Source: Patescibacteria group bacterium (lineage in GTDB: Bacteria > Patescibacteriota > Microgenomatia > UBA1400 > PJMF01). Taken from it: 64,000 nt of DNA. The first letter of the stretch is position 1. Each line of letters starts with the position of its first letter. Location of the stretch: assembly GCA_049322655.1 (NCBI GenBank), contig JBMORP010000006.1:512410-576409 (forward strand). The letters run 5' to 3'. The position numbers and the translations under genes are program-made. Below are positions 19,185-28,891 of the stretch, piece after piece. A model generated the notes under the pieces. It was not told where the DNA came from, searched no databases, and was given only the letters and a program-made list of their open reading frames with translations.

Positions 19185-21181
19185 TTAATTGACCATAAAT
19201 CTAATATTTTTAACACTTCTTCTTTTTTTGGCGAAACATGATTATCAACATTAGAGCTTTCTACCGAACTTTTTAAGAAACCATAATAATCATAGCCATA
19301 ACCACCCAAGTAACTAAATCTAATATCTTTAAAATTAATAATAAAATCAAAAAAATCAATACTGGGCATATCATCGATAAAAATAGGTTGATGATAATCC
19401 AAAGACCATGGATCCAATTCCCTAGTTAAAACATAAAGTTCACCAGCAGAACTAACATCACCCTCTCTATAAAAATCATCAGCTATTAAAAAAATCTTGT
19501 CAATTAAAAAAAGCAAGTTACTGTGATCCAACCTCTCTGTAAAATCGTTGTTTCTCGTTTTTAAAAAATCTACCATTTGAATAACCATGTTTTTTTTATC
19601 TTCCAAAGAAAACTGGTTATCACCCAAATAACTAAGAGATAAATAAAATCCAGACCATGGATTAACCTCATTTAATTTTATTAATAATTTCTGCTGAAAT
19701 AATTTATCCAAATCATTTTCTGCTAAAGCCTGTAAAACCAAACTATTGTTTTGGTTTATTGAGAATAACTTTTGTTTATCATCATAAGCGAGTTGCTTAC
19801 TTTTGGCATATAAAACGCTGTGCCATTTTGAATAAGGAAATAAATTAAAAGCTAATTTTTCCTTTCCCAAAGAAACTAATAAATCAATAAAAATATAAAA
19901 AACTAGAAAAATTAAACAAACAAACCAAGTCAAAAAAAATGGTAATTTAAAAAATTGTTTGTGGTGTTTATTTTTTTGTTGAGGAATCAGTTTTACTAAA
20001 AAAATTAAAGTTAAAATAAAAATACTTTCAAAATTTAAGTCATAATCAAAAAGAGAATTTAGATAAACTCCAAATAAAGCTAAACCAATAAAAAAATGTA
20101 TGTCTTTTTTCTGAAAACTTTGCTTGAAAAATTTAATAAATAATCCCCAAAAAATAAAAATAAATAAACTACCACCCAAAAAACCATTTTCAGCAAAAAC
20201 CTTAAGAAAAAAGTTATGAGGATGAGCAGAAACTACACTTCGATCTTGAATATATTTTTTGGAGAAAAAAGCATAATTACCCTGACCAACTCCTAAAAGT
20301 GAATTATTTTTAATAATTTCACCAGCTGTTTGCCAATAAGCAATTCTACTTTGACCACTTTTAATCCTACAAATCTTCAAGTTATCTGAACTAGCTTCTT
20401 GATTGTAACAACTCACTGCAGTAATAAACCAAAAAGAAACAAAAGATATTGTTAAGACTAAAAAAACTTTTAAATAAGTTAAAAAGTATTTTTTATTCAA
20501 CTCAGTGAGTTTGTTAATAAAAAAATTTCTAAAAAAAACAAAAAAGAAAAAGTGTTGAAGAACAATAATAATAGAAATGATTCTTCCCATCGACAAAAAT
20601 CCAAATAAACTAAAAATTCCAACCACTAAAAGCTGTTTTTTATCACCATTTTTTAAAAAGTAGAAAAAAGATATTGGCAACAAAAACAATGAAACTACTG
20701 CTGCATGATTATGACCAGTAGAAGAATACAATAAATTAGACTCAGGCAATTTTTCACCCAAACTAGGAAAAAATGAAAAAAATAGAGAAAAAAAGATTAA
20801 AGAAAAACCAATTAAGGTAAATAAAGGAAAAAAATTTTTAAAATCAAATTCTTCTACTTTTAACAGTAAAAAAAAATGAAAAAAATAAAAACTAAAAATG
20901 AAAAAAATAAAATAATCTAGACTATAAGGAATATTTTTAGTCCAAAAAAAAGATAAACCCAAAAAAACAATTAAAAGTAACCAAGCTAAAGAATATTTTT
21001 TAGTGATAAAGATTTTAGAAAAATCTAGACTTTTCCAAAAAAAAACTGAACCAATTAAAAAAAATAGTAGTAGATAAGGAGATAAAAAAGAATTACCCAT
21101 TAGTAATAATAAAAAAAACCAAACAGAAACAAAAAAAGATAATTTGTTTTTAGCCAAAGACTCAATTAATAACTTAGTCAT
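19181..21181 (-). CDS. O-antigen ligase/Wzy-like polytopic membrane protein with a C-terminal soluble domain (666 aa); paralog of 5574-8048
   Basis: LLYSSTGHNHAAVVSLFLLP is shared with the 5574 product (LIYSSYGHNHLGTFLLLLAP). Multi-TM. C-terminal hydrophilic domain of about 250 aa. Confidence 0.65.
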   Translation of the reverse strand: MTKLLIESLAKNKLSFFVSVWFFLLLLMGNSFLSPYLLLFFLIGSVFFWKSLDFSKIFITKKYSLAWLLLIVFLGLSFFWTKNIPYSLDYFIFFIFSFYFFHFFLLLKVEEFDFKNFFPLFTLIGFSLIFFSLFFSFFPSLGEKLPESNLLYSSTGHNHAAVVSLFLLPISFFYFLKNGDKKQLLVVGIFSLFGFLSMGRIISIIIVLQHFFFFVFFRNFFINKLTELNKKYFLTYLKVFLVLTISFVSFWFITAVSCYNQEASSDNLKICRIKSGQSRIAYWQTAGEIIKNNSLLGVGQGNYAFFSKKYIQDRSVVSAHPHNFFLKVFAENGFLGGSLFIFIFWGLFIKFFKQSFQKKDIHFFIGLALFGVYLNSLFDYDLNFESIFILTLIFLVKLIPQQKNKHHKQFFKLPFFLTWFVCLIFLVFYIFIDLLVSLGKEKLAFNLFPYSKWHSVLYAKSKQLAYDDKQKLFSINQNNSLVLQALAENDLDKLFQQKLLIKLNEVNPWSGFYLSLSYLGDNQFSLEDKKNMVIQMVDFLKTRNNDFTERLDHSNLLFLIDKIFLIADDFYREGDVSSAGELYVLTRELDPWSLDYHQPIFIDDMPSIDFFDFIINFKDIRFSYLGGYGYDYYGFLKSSVESSNVDNHVSPKKEEVLKILDLWSIK

Positions 21182-22151
21182 GATTATTTTTTAATCTTTT
21201 TTCAATATCCAAAATTGTTTTCTTTAAACCATCTGCAAAAGAAATTTGTGGTTGCCAACCAATTTGTCTAATTTTAGAACTATCCAACATTCTTCTTTTT
21301 GATCCCTCTGGCTTACTTAAATCAAAATTAAAAGTTACTTTTTTATTCAAAGTAGATCTAATAAGTTCTACCATTTCTTTTATAGATTTTTCCTCCTGAG
21401 GATCAATATTATATGCTTCACCATTTTTGCCTTTATTTGCCAAAGTGATTAAACCATTAACAGCATCTTTAACATACAAAAAAGATCTTTTTTGTTCACC
21501 ACTACCAAAAACTTCAACTTGTTTTTTGGCAGAAAGAATTTTTCTAGTCATCATTGGAATAAAGTGACCCAAATCATCAAAATGATCATTTTCGCCATAA
21601 ACATTAACGAATCTAGCAATAGAGGTTTCTAAATTGCTGTTTTGAGCATACCAAATCGCTAAGTTTTCACCCATTTTTTTAGCCAAAGCATAGCCCAGTT
21701 TAGATTCTTCTGGACTACTAGTATCAGCCGACTCAGGGGTGGGCACCTTTTTTTCCATTGCCTCTTTGGTATACACACTGGCACTGCTTACTTGAATGAA
21801 TTTTTTTATTGACTTAGTTTTTCCAGCCACCCTAAGAGGAATTAACTGTAATAACATATTTTCTTCAAACATCAACTCAGTTCTACCTTTATCAAAATCA
21901 ACTCCCGTATTCAGGGCAGCTAAATTAAAAACCAAGTCATAACCTTCAAAAATCTTTAATAAACCAGTCTCACATCTCAAATCAACTTCATAAAAATTTA
22001 TTTGATCTAGTACATCAAGTAAGTTTTCCTTTTTACCCCTAGAAAGATTGTCTATTACTCCTACTTCCTTGCCCATCGCTAGTAATCTTCTAATTAAATG
22101 GAAACCAACAAAACCAGCACCTCCAGTTATCAATACTTTGTTGTATTTCAT
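21174..22151 (-). CDS. NAD-dependent epimerase/dehydratase (SDR family nucleotide-sugar modifying enzyme)
   Basis: VLITGGAGFVGFHL Rossmann motif, YxxxK context, 325 aa. Confidence 0.85.
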   Translation of the reverse strand: MKYNKVLITGGAGFVGFHLIRRLLAMGKEVGVIDNLSRGKKENLLDVLDQINFYEVDLRCETGLLKIFEGYDLVFNLAALNTGVDFDKGRTELMFEENMLLQLIPLRVAGKTKSIKKFIQVSSASVYTKEAMEKKVPTPESADTSSPEESKLGYALAKKMGENLAIWYAQNSNLETSIARFVNVYGENDHFDDLGHFIPMMTRKILSAKKQVEVFGSGEQKRSFLYVKDAVNGLITLANKGKNGEAYNIDPQEEKSIKEMVELIRSTLNKKVTFNFDLSKPEGSKRRMLDSSKIRQIGWQPQISFADGLKKTILDIEKRLKNNHD

Positions 22152-23293
22152 AAATTTTCCTTCAAAAATCTGATCAAGCTATTCAAAGAATAGAAATTTT
22201 TAATATTAGCGCTAGCCCCTTTAGATAAATTAAGTCTTTTTTTATTGTCTCTCAAAAGCTCATTTATTTTACTAGCAAAATCTTTGTTGGATGCAATTAC
22301 GACACCTTTTTTAGAAAAAAGTCCAGATGTTGCCTCTGGAAAAGCAATTACAGGCAAACCATACTGCAAATAATTCAAAACCTTTACTTTTACTCCAAAA
22401 TTAACAAAAATTGGAGCAATCGCTAAAGCTGACTTATGATAAATAGTAGTTAAATCATTAACAAAACCATGCTCAATCACATTTTTACTTGATTTAATTA
22501 GGGTTTTTAGTTCTGGAGAAGCTCCTCTGCCAATAATATGAAAATTGACTCGATTTTTATTAACTAACTTTGGCCAAATTTTCTTTAAAAACCAACTTAA
22601 ACCTCTAATATTTTCTTCCCAATCTAGAGTACCAGTAAAAACAATATCCTTGGATTTAACAGAAAAAACATTTGTTTTGCGGTCAACTAAAAAAGGTAAT
22701 TTTAGTTTTTTTGTTTTTTCAGCAAAATAGGAGTTAATATTTTTTTCATTAAGCAACCAAATTTGTCTAAAGTTTTGGAAAAAATACTTTTGGTAAATAG
22801 TTGCTTTTACAAACTCACTCAATAAAAAAAATTTAGTTAATATGTTTTTTTCACCACAGAAACGAGCCCAAAAGATCTGAGACATGTCTTCATCTTCTAA
22901 ATAAATAACTTGATTGCCAATCAAATATTGGGCATACTGAACCATCACATAGCCGTGAATAATAATATTATCGTAATTATTTTTTTCAATTTCTGTTTGA
23001 ATTTGATTTAAAAATTTTTGCTCAAAAAACTTAGTTACTAAAAAAGGCTTAAAACTGAATAAGAGCTTTAATTTCCCTAATGAAGAAAGAGTTTTATATT
23101 TCCAATTAACCGTTTTTAACTTAAATTGATTAGCAACATCATTGTCATAATTTTTTTCTTTGAAGGCAATAACTGTAAGATTTTTACTTAACTTAGCCAA
23201 ACCTTTTAATACTCCAGACGATATAAATGAATCACCAGAATCACCTAGTGGAACAAAAGGAGTAATAAATAAAGTTTTTTTATTTTTCACCAA
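22148..23293 (-). CDS. glycosyltransferase family 4 (GT-B)
   Basis: C-terminal nucleotide-sugar binding region (NYLQYGLPVIAFPE); architecture typical of GT1/GT4. Confidence 0.65.
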   Translation of the reverse strand: MVKNKKTLFITPFVPLGDSGDSFISSGVLKGLAKLSKNLTVIAFKEKNYDNDVANQFKLKTVNWKYKTLSSLGKLKLLFSFKPFLVTKFFEQKFLNQIQTEIEKNNYDNIIIHGYVMVQYAQYLIGNQVIYLEDEDMSQIFWARFCGEKNILTKFFLLSEFVKATIYQKYFFQNFRQIWLLNEKNINSYFAEKTKKLKLPFLVDRKTNVFSVKSKDIVFTGTLDWEENIRGLSWFLKKIWPKLVNKNRVNFHIIGRGASPELKTLIKSSKNVIEHGFVNDLTTIYHKSALAIAPIFVNFGVKVKVLNYLQYGLPVIAFPEATSGLFSKKGVVIASNKDFASKINELLRDNKKRLNLSKGASANIKNFYSLNSLIRFLKENL

Positions 23294-24407
23294 TGAAATA
23301 CTCTCTTATAGCAGTTTTTATTCTGTTAATTTCTGCTTCTGTTAATTCGGGGAATAAAGGTAAAGAAATTGTTTGTCGAGCAAATTCTTCTGCCACAGGA
23401 AAATCTCCTTTTTTATAACCTAAAAACTTCATTGAGGGCTGGAGATGAACCGGCGTAGGGTAATAAATACCAGTCGAAATTTGTTGATCATTCATAAATT
23501 TTTCAAATTTTTTTCTGTTTTTCATTTGCACAGAAAAAACATAAAAATTTGGTTTACTGGTCGGATAGCAAAACATTCCTTGATGACCAAATTCTCTAAA
23601 AACATGATTATATTCTTCAACTATTCGCCTTCTTTTTTTGATCCATTCAGGAAAAAACTCTAGTTTTTTAAGCAAAAATGCAGCCTGAATATTGTCAATT
23701 AGTTCATTCATACCAACCAAAGAATGTAGATATTTTTTACTTTTATCTTTAATTCCATGGTGAGCATATTGTTCTGCTTTTTTTATTAATTTGGCAGAGT
23801 TACTTGTTAACACCCCAGCATTGCCCAAAGAACCCAAAGACTTGGAAGGATAAAGAGAGAAACAACCAAAGTGACCAAAAGAACCAACTTTTTTACCATT
23901 TAGTTCACTGCCATGAGCGTGTGACGCATCTTCAAGTAAAAACAACCGGTGTTGATTAGCTATCTTTTTTAATCTAAACATATCAGCCGGAACTCCATAA
24001 AGATGAACTACTAGAATTGCTTTAGTATTTTTAGTTATTTTTTCTTCCACTGACCGAGGGTCTAGATTACCTGTTTTTGGATCAACATCTGCAAAAACTG
24101 GCTTGGCACCAGCTAAAATAATAGCGTCAACCGTAGCACTAAAAGTGGCAGGGGTCGTAATAACCTCATCATGACTAGTTAGACCAAGAGATTTTAAAGC
24201 TACCCACAAACTAGCTGTTCCAGACCTAATGCCCAAAGCAAACTTACTATCATGCATTTTGGCAAATAAATTCTGAAAATCTTCAGTTTCACGCCCATAA
24301 GTAAAAGCCGACTGATCAAGTAACTTTGAAAAAATCTGCTCAAAATCTTTTTTAAGAGCTAAATGTTGTCGAGATAAATCAAACAGGGGTATTTTTTTAG
24401 ATGACAT
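23280..24407 (-). CDS. DegT/DnrJ/EryC1/StrS family PLP-dependent sugar aminotransferase
   Basis: DASHAHGSELNGKKVGSFGHFGCFSLYPSKSLGSLGNAGVLTSN is the characteristic block with the PLP-Lys in the SKSLG context. Confidence 0.85.
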   Translation of the reverse strand: MSSKKIPLFDLSRQHLALKKDFEQIFSKLLDQSAFTYGRETEDFQNLFAKMHDSKFALGIRSGTASLWVALKSLGLTSHDEVITTPATFSATVDAIILAGAKPVFADVDPKTGNLDPRSVEEKITKNTKAILVVHLYGVPADMFRLKKIANQHRLFLLEDASHAHGSELNGKKVGSFGHFGCFSLYPSKSLGSLGNAGVLTSNSAKLIKKAEQYAHHGIKDKSKKYLHSLVGMNELIDNIQAAFLLKKLEFFPEWIKKRRRIVEEYNHVFREFGHQGMFCYPTSKPNFYVFSVQMKNRKKFEKFMNDQQISTGIYYPTPVHLQPSMKFLGYKKGDFPVAEEFARQTISLPLFPELTEAEINRIKTAIREYFIGEK

Positions 24408-25152
24408 AATAATATTTACCTTGTTTTTTTAAAAATTCTATATATTCATCAATCACTTCTTCTCCACCATCACCTCTGATAATACCTTTTTCCAACCAAA
24501 TAATCCGATTGCAATTTCTTCTAATATACTCAAGCCAATGGCTAACTAAAATAATTGTTTTTCCATGTTTAGAAAACTCATTAATTTTTTTCATTGATTT
24601 TTTACGAAACTTCTCATCACCAACAGCAATTTCTTCATCCAGAATCAAAACATCAGGGTTCGAGTGGATAGCAATTGCAAAACCCAATCGCAGTGACATT
24701 CCAGAAGAGTAAGTATAAAGTGGCGCATAAATAAACTCTCCAAGGCCGCTAAACTCTACAATTGACTCAAATTTTCGTTGGATTTCATCTTTATCCATAC
24801 CAATCACCAAACCATTCAAAAAAATATTTTCCTTACCAGTTAGTTCTGGATGAAAACCAGCTCCAAGTTCAATTAGTGAAACAACTTTACCATAAGTCTT
24901 TATTTTTCCCCCGCTTTGAGTAGTTATACCTGAAGCAATTTTTAATAAAGTTGTTTTACCTGAACCATTAGAGCCAATAACCCCAATTTTTTCTCCTTTA
25001 TAAATTTCAAGAGAGACATCTTTTAAAGCAAAAAACTTTTGTCGTTTTTCTATCCCAAAAATAGTGCCAAAAAAAGTTGGTTTTTGGTGGTGCAAAACAT
25101 ATTCTTTAGATATCTTATTGATCGTAATTGCTTTACTATTCTTTTTTCTCAT
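24397..25152 (-). CDS. ABC transporter ATP-binding protein, polysaccharide/teichoic-acid export type (Wzt/TagH-like)
   Basis: Walker A GSNGSGKTT, signature YSSGMSLRLGFA, Walker B ILILDE. Confidence 0.85.
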   Translation of the reverse strand: MRKKNSKAITINKISKEYVLHHQKPTFFGTIFGIEKRQKFFALKDVSLEIYKGEKIGVIGSNGSGKTTLLKIASGITTQSGGKIKTYGKVVSLIELGAGFHPELTGKENIFLNGLVIGMDKDEIQRKFESIVEFSGLGEFIYAPLYTYSSGMSLRLGFAIAIHSNPDVLILDEEIAVGDEKFRKKSMKKINEFSKHGKTIILVSHWLEYIRRNCNRIIWLEKGIIRGDGGEEVIDEYIEFLKKQGKYYYVI

Positions 25153-25156
25153 TTAA

Positions 25157-25924
25157 CTACATCCAATCATCAAAGTTTTTGCTTTCTTTTCTAAAAACAG
25201 TTAAAGCTAAAACAAAGATTACAAAACTAATTAACAAGTTAATGACCAGCTTAATAGAAACATCTTCAATTGGATAACCAGATAAAGAAAACCTAATAAC
25301 TTCAACAGTCAGTGACAATGGGTTCAAATAAATAATTGATCTTAAAAACTTTGGAATCATCTCTAGTGAATAAACAATGGGGGTAGCGTAAAACCAAAGA
25401 GATAACATTGCTTGAACAATAAAGTTAATATCCCGGTATTTAACATTTAAACTAGAAAATAAAAGTGAGATACCAATCGTAAAAAAAAGTAATAGAAATA
25501 AGCCTGGAATTAACCAAAAAATCTTCAAAGAAAAACTCAAAGTTAGTAATGAAAATAAAGCAAAACCTATCAACAAATGAAATAAATTAGAAAGAATAAC
25601 TGAAATCACCAAAGATTCTCTAGGAAAAATGGCTTTTTTAATTAAATATCTTTCATTAACAAAAATAGGAACTGCTTTAGAAAAACTTAATGAGAAAAAA
25701 TTCCAAGTTAACAATCCAGAAAACAAAAACACAAAATAATTATCAATCTCAAATTTAATAAAAAATTGAAAAACAAAACCAATCACTAACATTTGAAACA
25801 ATGGATTTAAAATCATCCACAAAAAACCAAAAGCAGCGTGCTTATATCTTGATTTTATTTCTCTCTCTGTCAGAGTGACCGTAAAATCAAACCAATGTTT
25901 CAATTTTTTGTTGCTCTTTAGCAT
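25157..25924 (-). CDS. ABC-2 type transporter permease (Wzm/TagG-like)
   Basis: 255 aa, 6 TM, adjacent to the Wzt-like ATPase. Confidence 0.8.
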   Translation of the reverse strand: MLKSNKKLKHWFDFTVTLTEREIKSRYKHAAFGFLWMILNPLFQMLVIGFVFQFFIKFEIDNYFVFLFSGLLTWNFFSLSFSKAVPIFVNERYLIKKAIFPRESLVISVILSNLFHLLIGFALFSLLTLSFSLKIFWLIPGLFLLLFFTIGISLLFSSLNVKYRDINFIVQAMLSLWFYATPIVYSLEMIPKFLRSIIYLNPLSLTVEVIRFSLSGYPIEDVSIKLVINLLISFVIFVLALTVFRKESKNFDDWM

Positions 25925-25925
25925 T

Positions 25926-26801
25926 TTAATTCAATAAATAATTAATTAATTTTAATTGGTTAATAGTTTTCGCCAAAGGTAGCTTTGTTTTTTTAGCAAA
26001 AAAATCACTAATTAATAATTCTAAAGGACTAGGTTTAGAAAAATTAAGCTTTTCTTCGATAAGTTTTTGGTTTTGTTGATAAAAAGTGACTTCATCAAAA
26101 CCATTTTTTTTGATCCAAGTAATTTTTCCTTCAATAAAATCAAAAATCATTTCCCTTTCAACTTGTTTGGCATACCAATCATAGTCAAATATAAATTTAG
26201 TTTTTTCAATAGAAAAAGAAAAAACAGACCGATTAACTAAAAACTCTTGTTTCTCTATTGAGTTATTTATATCATTTTTATTCAAAGTGGAACAATCTAA
26301 TAAATTTAAAAACTCAAGAATATATAAATCATGAGGAAGCAGGTCATGGATAATACTGATATTTTTTGGTTGGCTCAAGGAACTCCATCTTTTAGAAAAA
26401 ACTGATTTTAGTTTTGAGAGTTTATGTTGAACAATTAATTGTCTAACTTTTAATAAACTTTTGTCATATAAAAAAACCTGATCAACAGCTAGATATAAGT
26501 TTTTTGACTCGGCTAAGGCTTTTAGTTCTTTGGCCTGCTCCACCGTCAAGGCCAGCGGCTTCTCAACAAAAACATGTTTGTTAGCCAATAAACACTCTTT
26601 GGCTAAGGCAAAATGTGTCTCTTCTGGAGTAACAATAAAACAATAATTAACCTTTGGGTCATTTAAAACTGTTTTCTTTAGGGTGGTTTTTTTAGTTGAT
26701 AAATGTTTTTTTTCTATAATTTCAACCTCAACCCCCAATGATTTTAAAGTGGAATAAACCTTTTGTCCCCAATAACCAAAACCAAAAAGTGCTGCCTTCA
26801 T
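25926..26801 (-). CDS. Gfo/Idh/MocA family NAD(P)-dependent oxidoreductase
   Basis: N-terminal MKAALFGFGYWGQK Rossmann motif; EKPLALTVEQAKEL motif. Confidence 0.75.
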   Translation of the reverse strand: MKAALFGFGYWGQKVYSTLKSLGVEVEIIEKKHLSTKKTTLKKTVLNDPKVNYCFIVTPEETHFALAKECLLANKHVFVEKPLALTVEQAKELKALAESKNLYLAVDQVFLYDKSLLKVRQLIVQHKLSKLKSVFSKRWSSLSQPKNISIIHDLLPHDLYILEFLNLLDCSTLNKNDINNSIEKQEFLVNRSVFSFSIEKTKFIFDYDWYAKQVEREMIFDFIEGKITWIKKNGFDEVTFYQQNQKLIEEKLNFSKPSPLELLISDFFAKKTKLPLAKTINQLKLINYLLN

Positions 26802-27682
26802 AACATAAACTTACTAAGTTTATTAAACACTATTGATAAAAAAACGTGGAAGTAAATCGCTAACCTATCTAAAAACTGCAAGTTTTCTCTTTCCATAAAA
26901 CTATTCAAAAAATCAATTATTTTTAATCTAGAACTAGCAGTTAACTTACTTCTAAAATCTGCCCACCGTTGTTCATAAAGAGCATGAGATTTGGCTGAAA
27001 AAACTAATTTTTTGTAATACCACACAAGGTTGGTTGGATCTTTATGCTCAATATACATCTCAGCCGCATAATAGGCTTTACCACCAGCTTGTTGTAACTT
27101 CATACCCAGATCACTATCTTCACAAGCACCATTGAAATATTTAACAATTTCCTCACTAAAAAAGGTGTTTTCTTTCAAAAGAAATTTTTTATTATAAGCA
27201 ATGTTCTTATTATCCAAAATTTCCAAATCAACCACGCTATCATCCTTATTAATAGCTGATTTTTTCCAAAATTCATCAAAAATCAACGTTGTTAATGAAA
27301 AAATATTCTTTTTATAAAAAGTGTGGCTACAACCTAAAATAGCAGCTGCCTGGGGCTGAGATTTAATCGCTCTTTTAACTGAACTAAACCAATAATCTGA
27401 GGCTACACAATCATCGTCAATGAAAGCTACCCAATCATAGCTAGCCTCACGAATACCTCGGTTATAAACAAGCGGATAACCCTGAGTTTTTTCTAAAATA
27501 TATTTGACTGGAAAATTGGTATTTTTTATGAAGTTCTTGACTAACTGCTTGGTTTCATCATCAGAGTTATTATCAACTACAATTAACTCATCCAATTTTT
27601 GATCCTGAGTAGCCAAACTTCCCAGAACATGCTTTAATTCCTGAGATCTATTTCTTGTTACAATAATCGTTGAAACCTTCAT
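26798..27682 (-). CDS. glycosyltransferase family 2
   Basis: VSTIIVTRNR...IVVDNNSDDETKQ...FIDDDCV are GT2 motifs. Confidence 0.8.
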   Translation of the reverse strand: MKVSTIIVTRNRSQELKHVLGSLATQDQKLDELIVVDNNSDDETKQLVKNFIKNTNFPVKYILEKTQGYPLVYNRGIREASYDWVAFIDDDCVASDYWFSSVKRAIKSQPQAAAILGCSHTFYKKNIFSLTTLIFDEFWKKSAINKDDSVVDLEILDNKNIAYNKKFLLKENTFFSEEIVKYFNGACEDSDLGMKLQQAGGKAYYAAEMYIEHKDPTNLVWYYKKLVFSAKSHALYEQRWADFRSKLTASSRLKIIDFLNSFMERENLQFLDRLAIYFHVFLSIVFNKLSKFML

Positions 27683-27688
27683 CGCCTG

Positions 27689-28891
27689 GTGATTATAACA
27701 ACAGTCTTTATGAAAAACATTCTGTATCTTACTGAAAACTTAGATTTTTATGCTGACAGCGGGGCCAAAATTAAAACCATTAACACTTTACGCTGTTTAG
27801 ATAAAAATTTTAACATCAAAGTTTTAAGTCTCAACTCTACAAAACAACTCAATAAAAAATATCAAAAAAACTTCAAAAACCTTGATTTCATTTATCTTAC
27901 TGATCAAAAAATAGAAGTTCCAGTCAAAAAGAGACTGTTAGAAACACTTGCTAATTACTTATTGGGTAGACCATATTATTTTTTTCAATATAAAAATTTA
28001 AAATTTCAAAACTTAGTTAATGACACAATCAGAAGTTTAAAACCAGATTGTATTCATATTGACCACCTAACTATGGCTCAATATTTACCAAAAATAAAAA
28101 ATGAACAGTGGATCTACGAAGAACATAATATTGAGTATAAATTAAGACTACAAATGGCCAAATTCTCTAAAAAAATTGGTTATCATTGGTTAATCTGGCT
28201 GATAGAAAGCTTGTTTTTGTATTTTCAAGAAATAAAAATAATAAAAAAATTTGACTACATTTTTGCCATTTCCAAATCAGACCAACAATTTCTTACCAAA
28301 ATAACTAAAAAAAACAATGTTTATCTGCAAAATATTTTTATGCCTTACAAAAAAAGTAAGAAAAAAAACGAGACAATTAGTCGAACACTTCTGTTTGTTG
28401 GAGACCTTGAGTGGTTGCCAAATAGAAATGGAATAAGCTGGTTTATTAAAAAAATTCTACCCAAACTAGATAATGTCAAATTACAGATTGTTGGCAAAGT
28501 AGATCATGGTTTTAAACAACAGTATTCAAATGCAAAAATCAATTTTTTAGGGTATCAAAAAGAAATAAGTAATTTTTTTAACCAAGCTGATATTTTTATT
28601 GTCCCCTTAAAAATAGGTGAGGGAGTCAGACTAAAAATCCTTGATGCCTTTGCTAGACAAATACCAGTCATTTCCAGCAAAAATGCTATTAAAGGCTTGG
28701 CTATTAAACATAAACAAGAATTACTAATAGCAAAAAATCAATTTGAGTTTGTCTCCTTGATTAAAAAAGTTCTTGATAAAAAAATAGAAACCAATACTAT
28801 ACTAGAAAACGCATTAAGTTATTTAAAAGAAAACCACTCTGATGAAGAAAATAAAAAATTTATTAAAAGATACCAAGAAATACTTGGTTAA
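27689..28891 (+). CDS. glycosyltransferase family 4 (GT-B)
   Basis: LLFVGDLEWLPNRNGISWF and GEGVRLKILDAFARQIPVISS. Confidence 0.75.
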   Translation: MIITTVFMKNILYLTENLDFYADSGAKIKTINTLRCLDKNFNIKVLSLNSTKQLNKKYQKNFKNLDFIYLTDQKIEVPVKKRLLETLANYLLGRPYYFFQYKNLKFQNLVNDTIRSLKPDCIHIDHLTMAQYLPKIKNEQWIYEEHNIEYKLRLQMAKFSKKIGYHWLIWLIESLFLYFQEIKIIKKFDYIFAISKSDQQFLTKITKKNNVYLQNIFMPYKKSKKKNETISRTLLFVGDLEWLPNRNGISWFIKKILPKLDNVKLQIVGKVDHGFKQQYSNAKINFLGYQKEISNFFNQADIFIVPLKIGEGVRLKILDAFARQIPVISSKNAIKGLAIKHKQELLIAKNQFEFVSLIKKVLDKKIETNTILENALSYLKENHSDEENKKFIKRYQEILG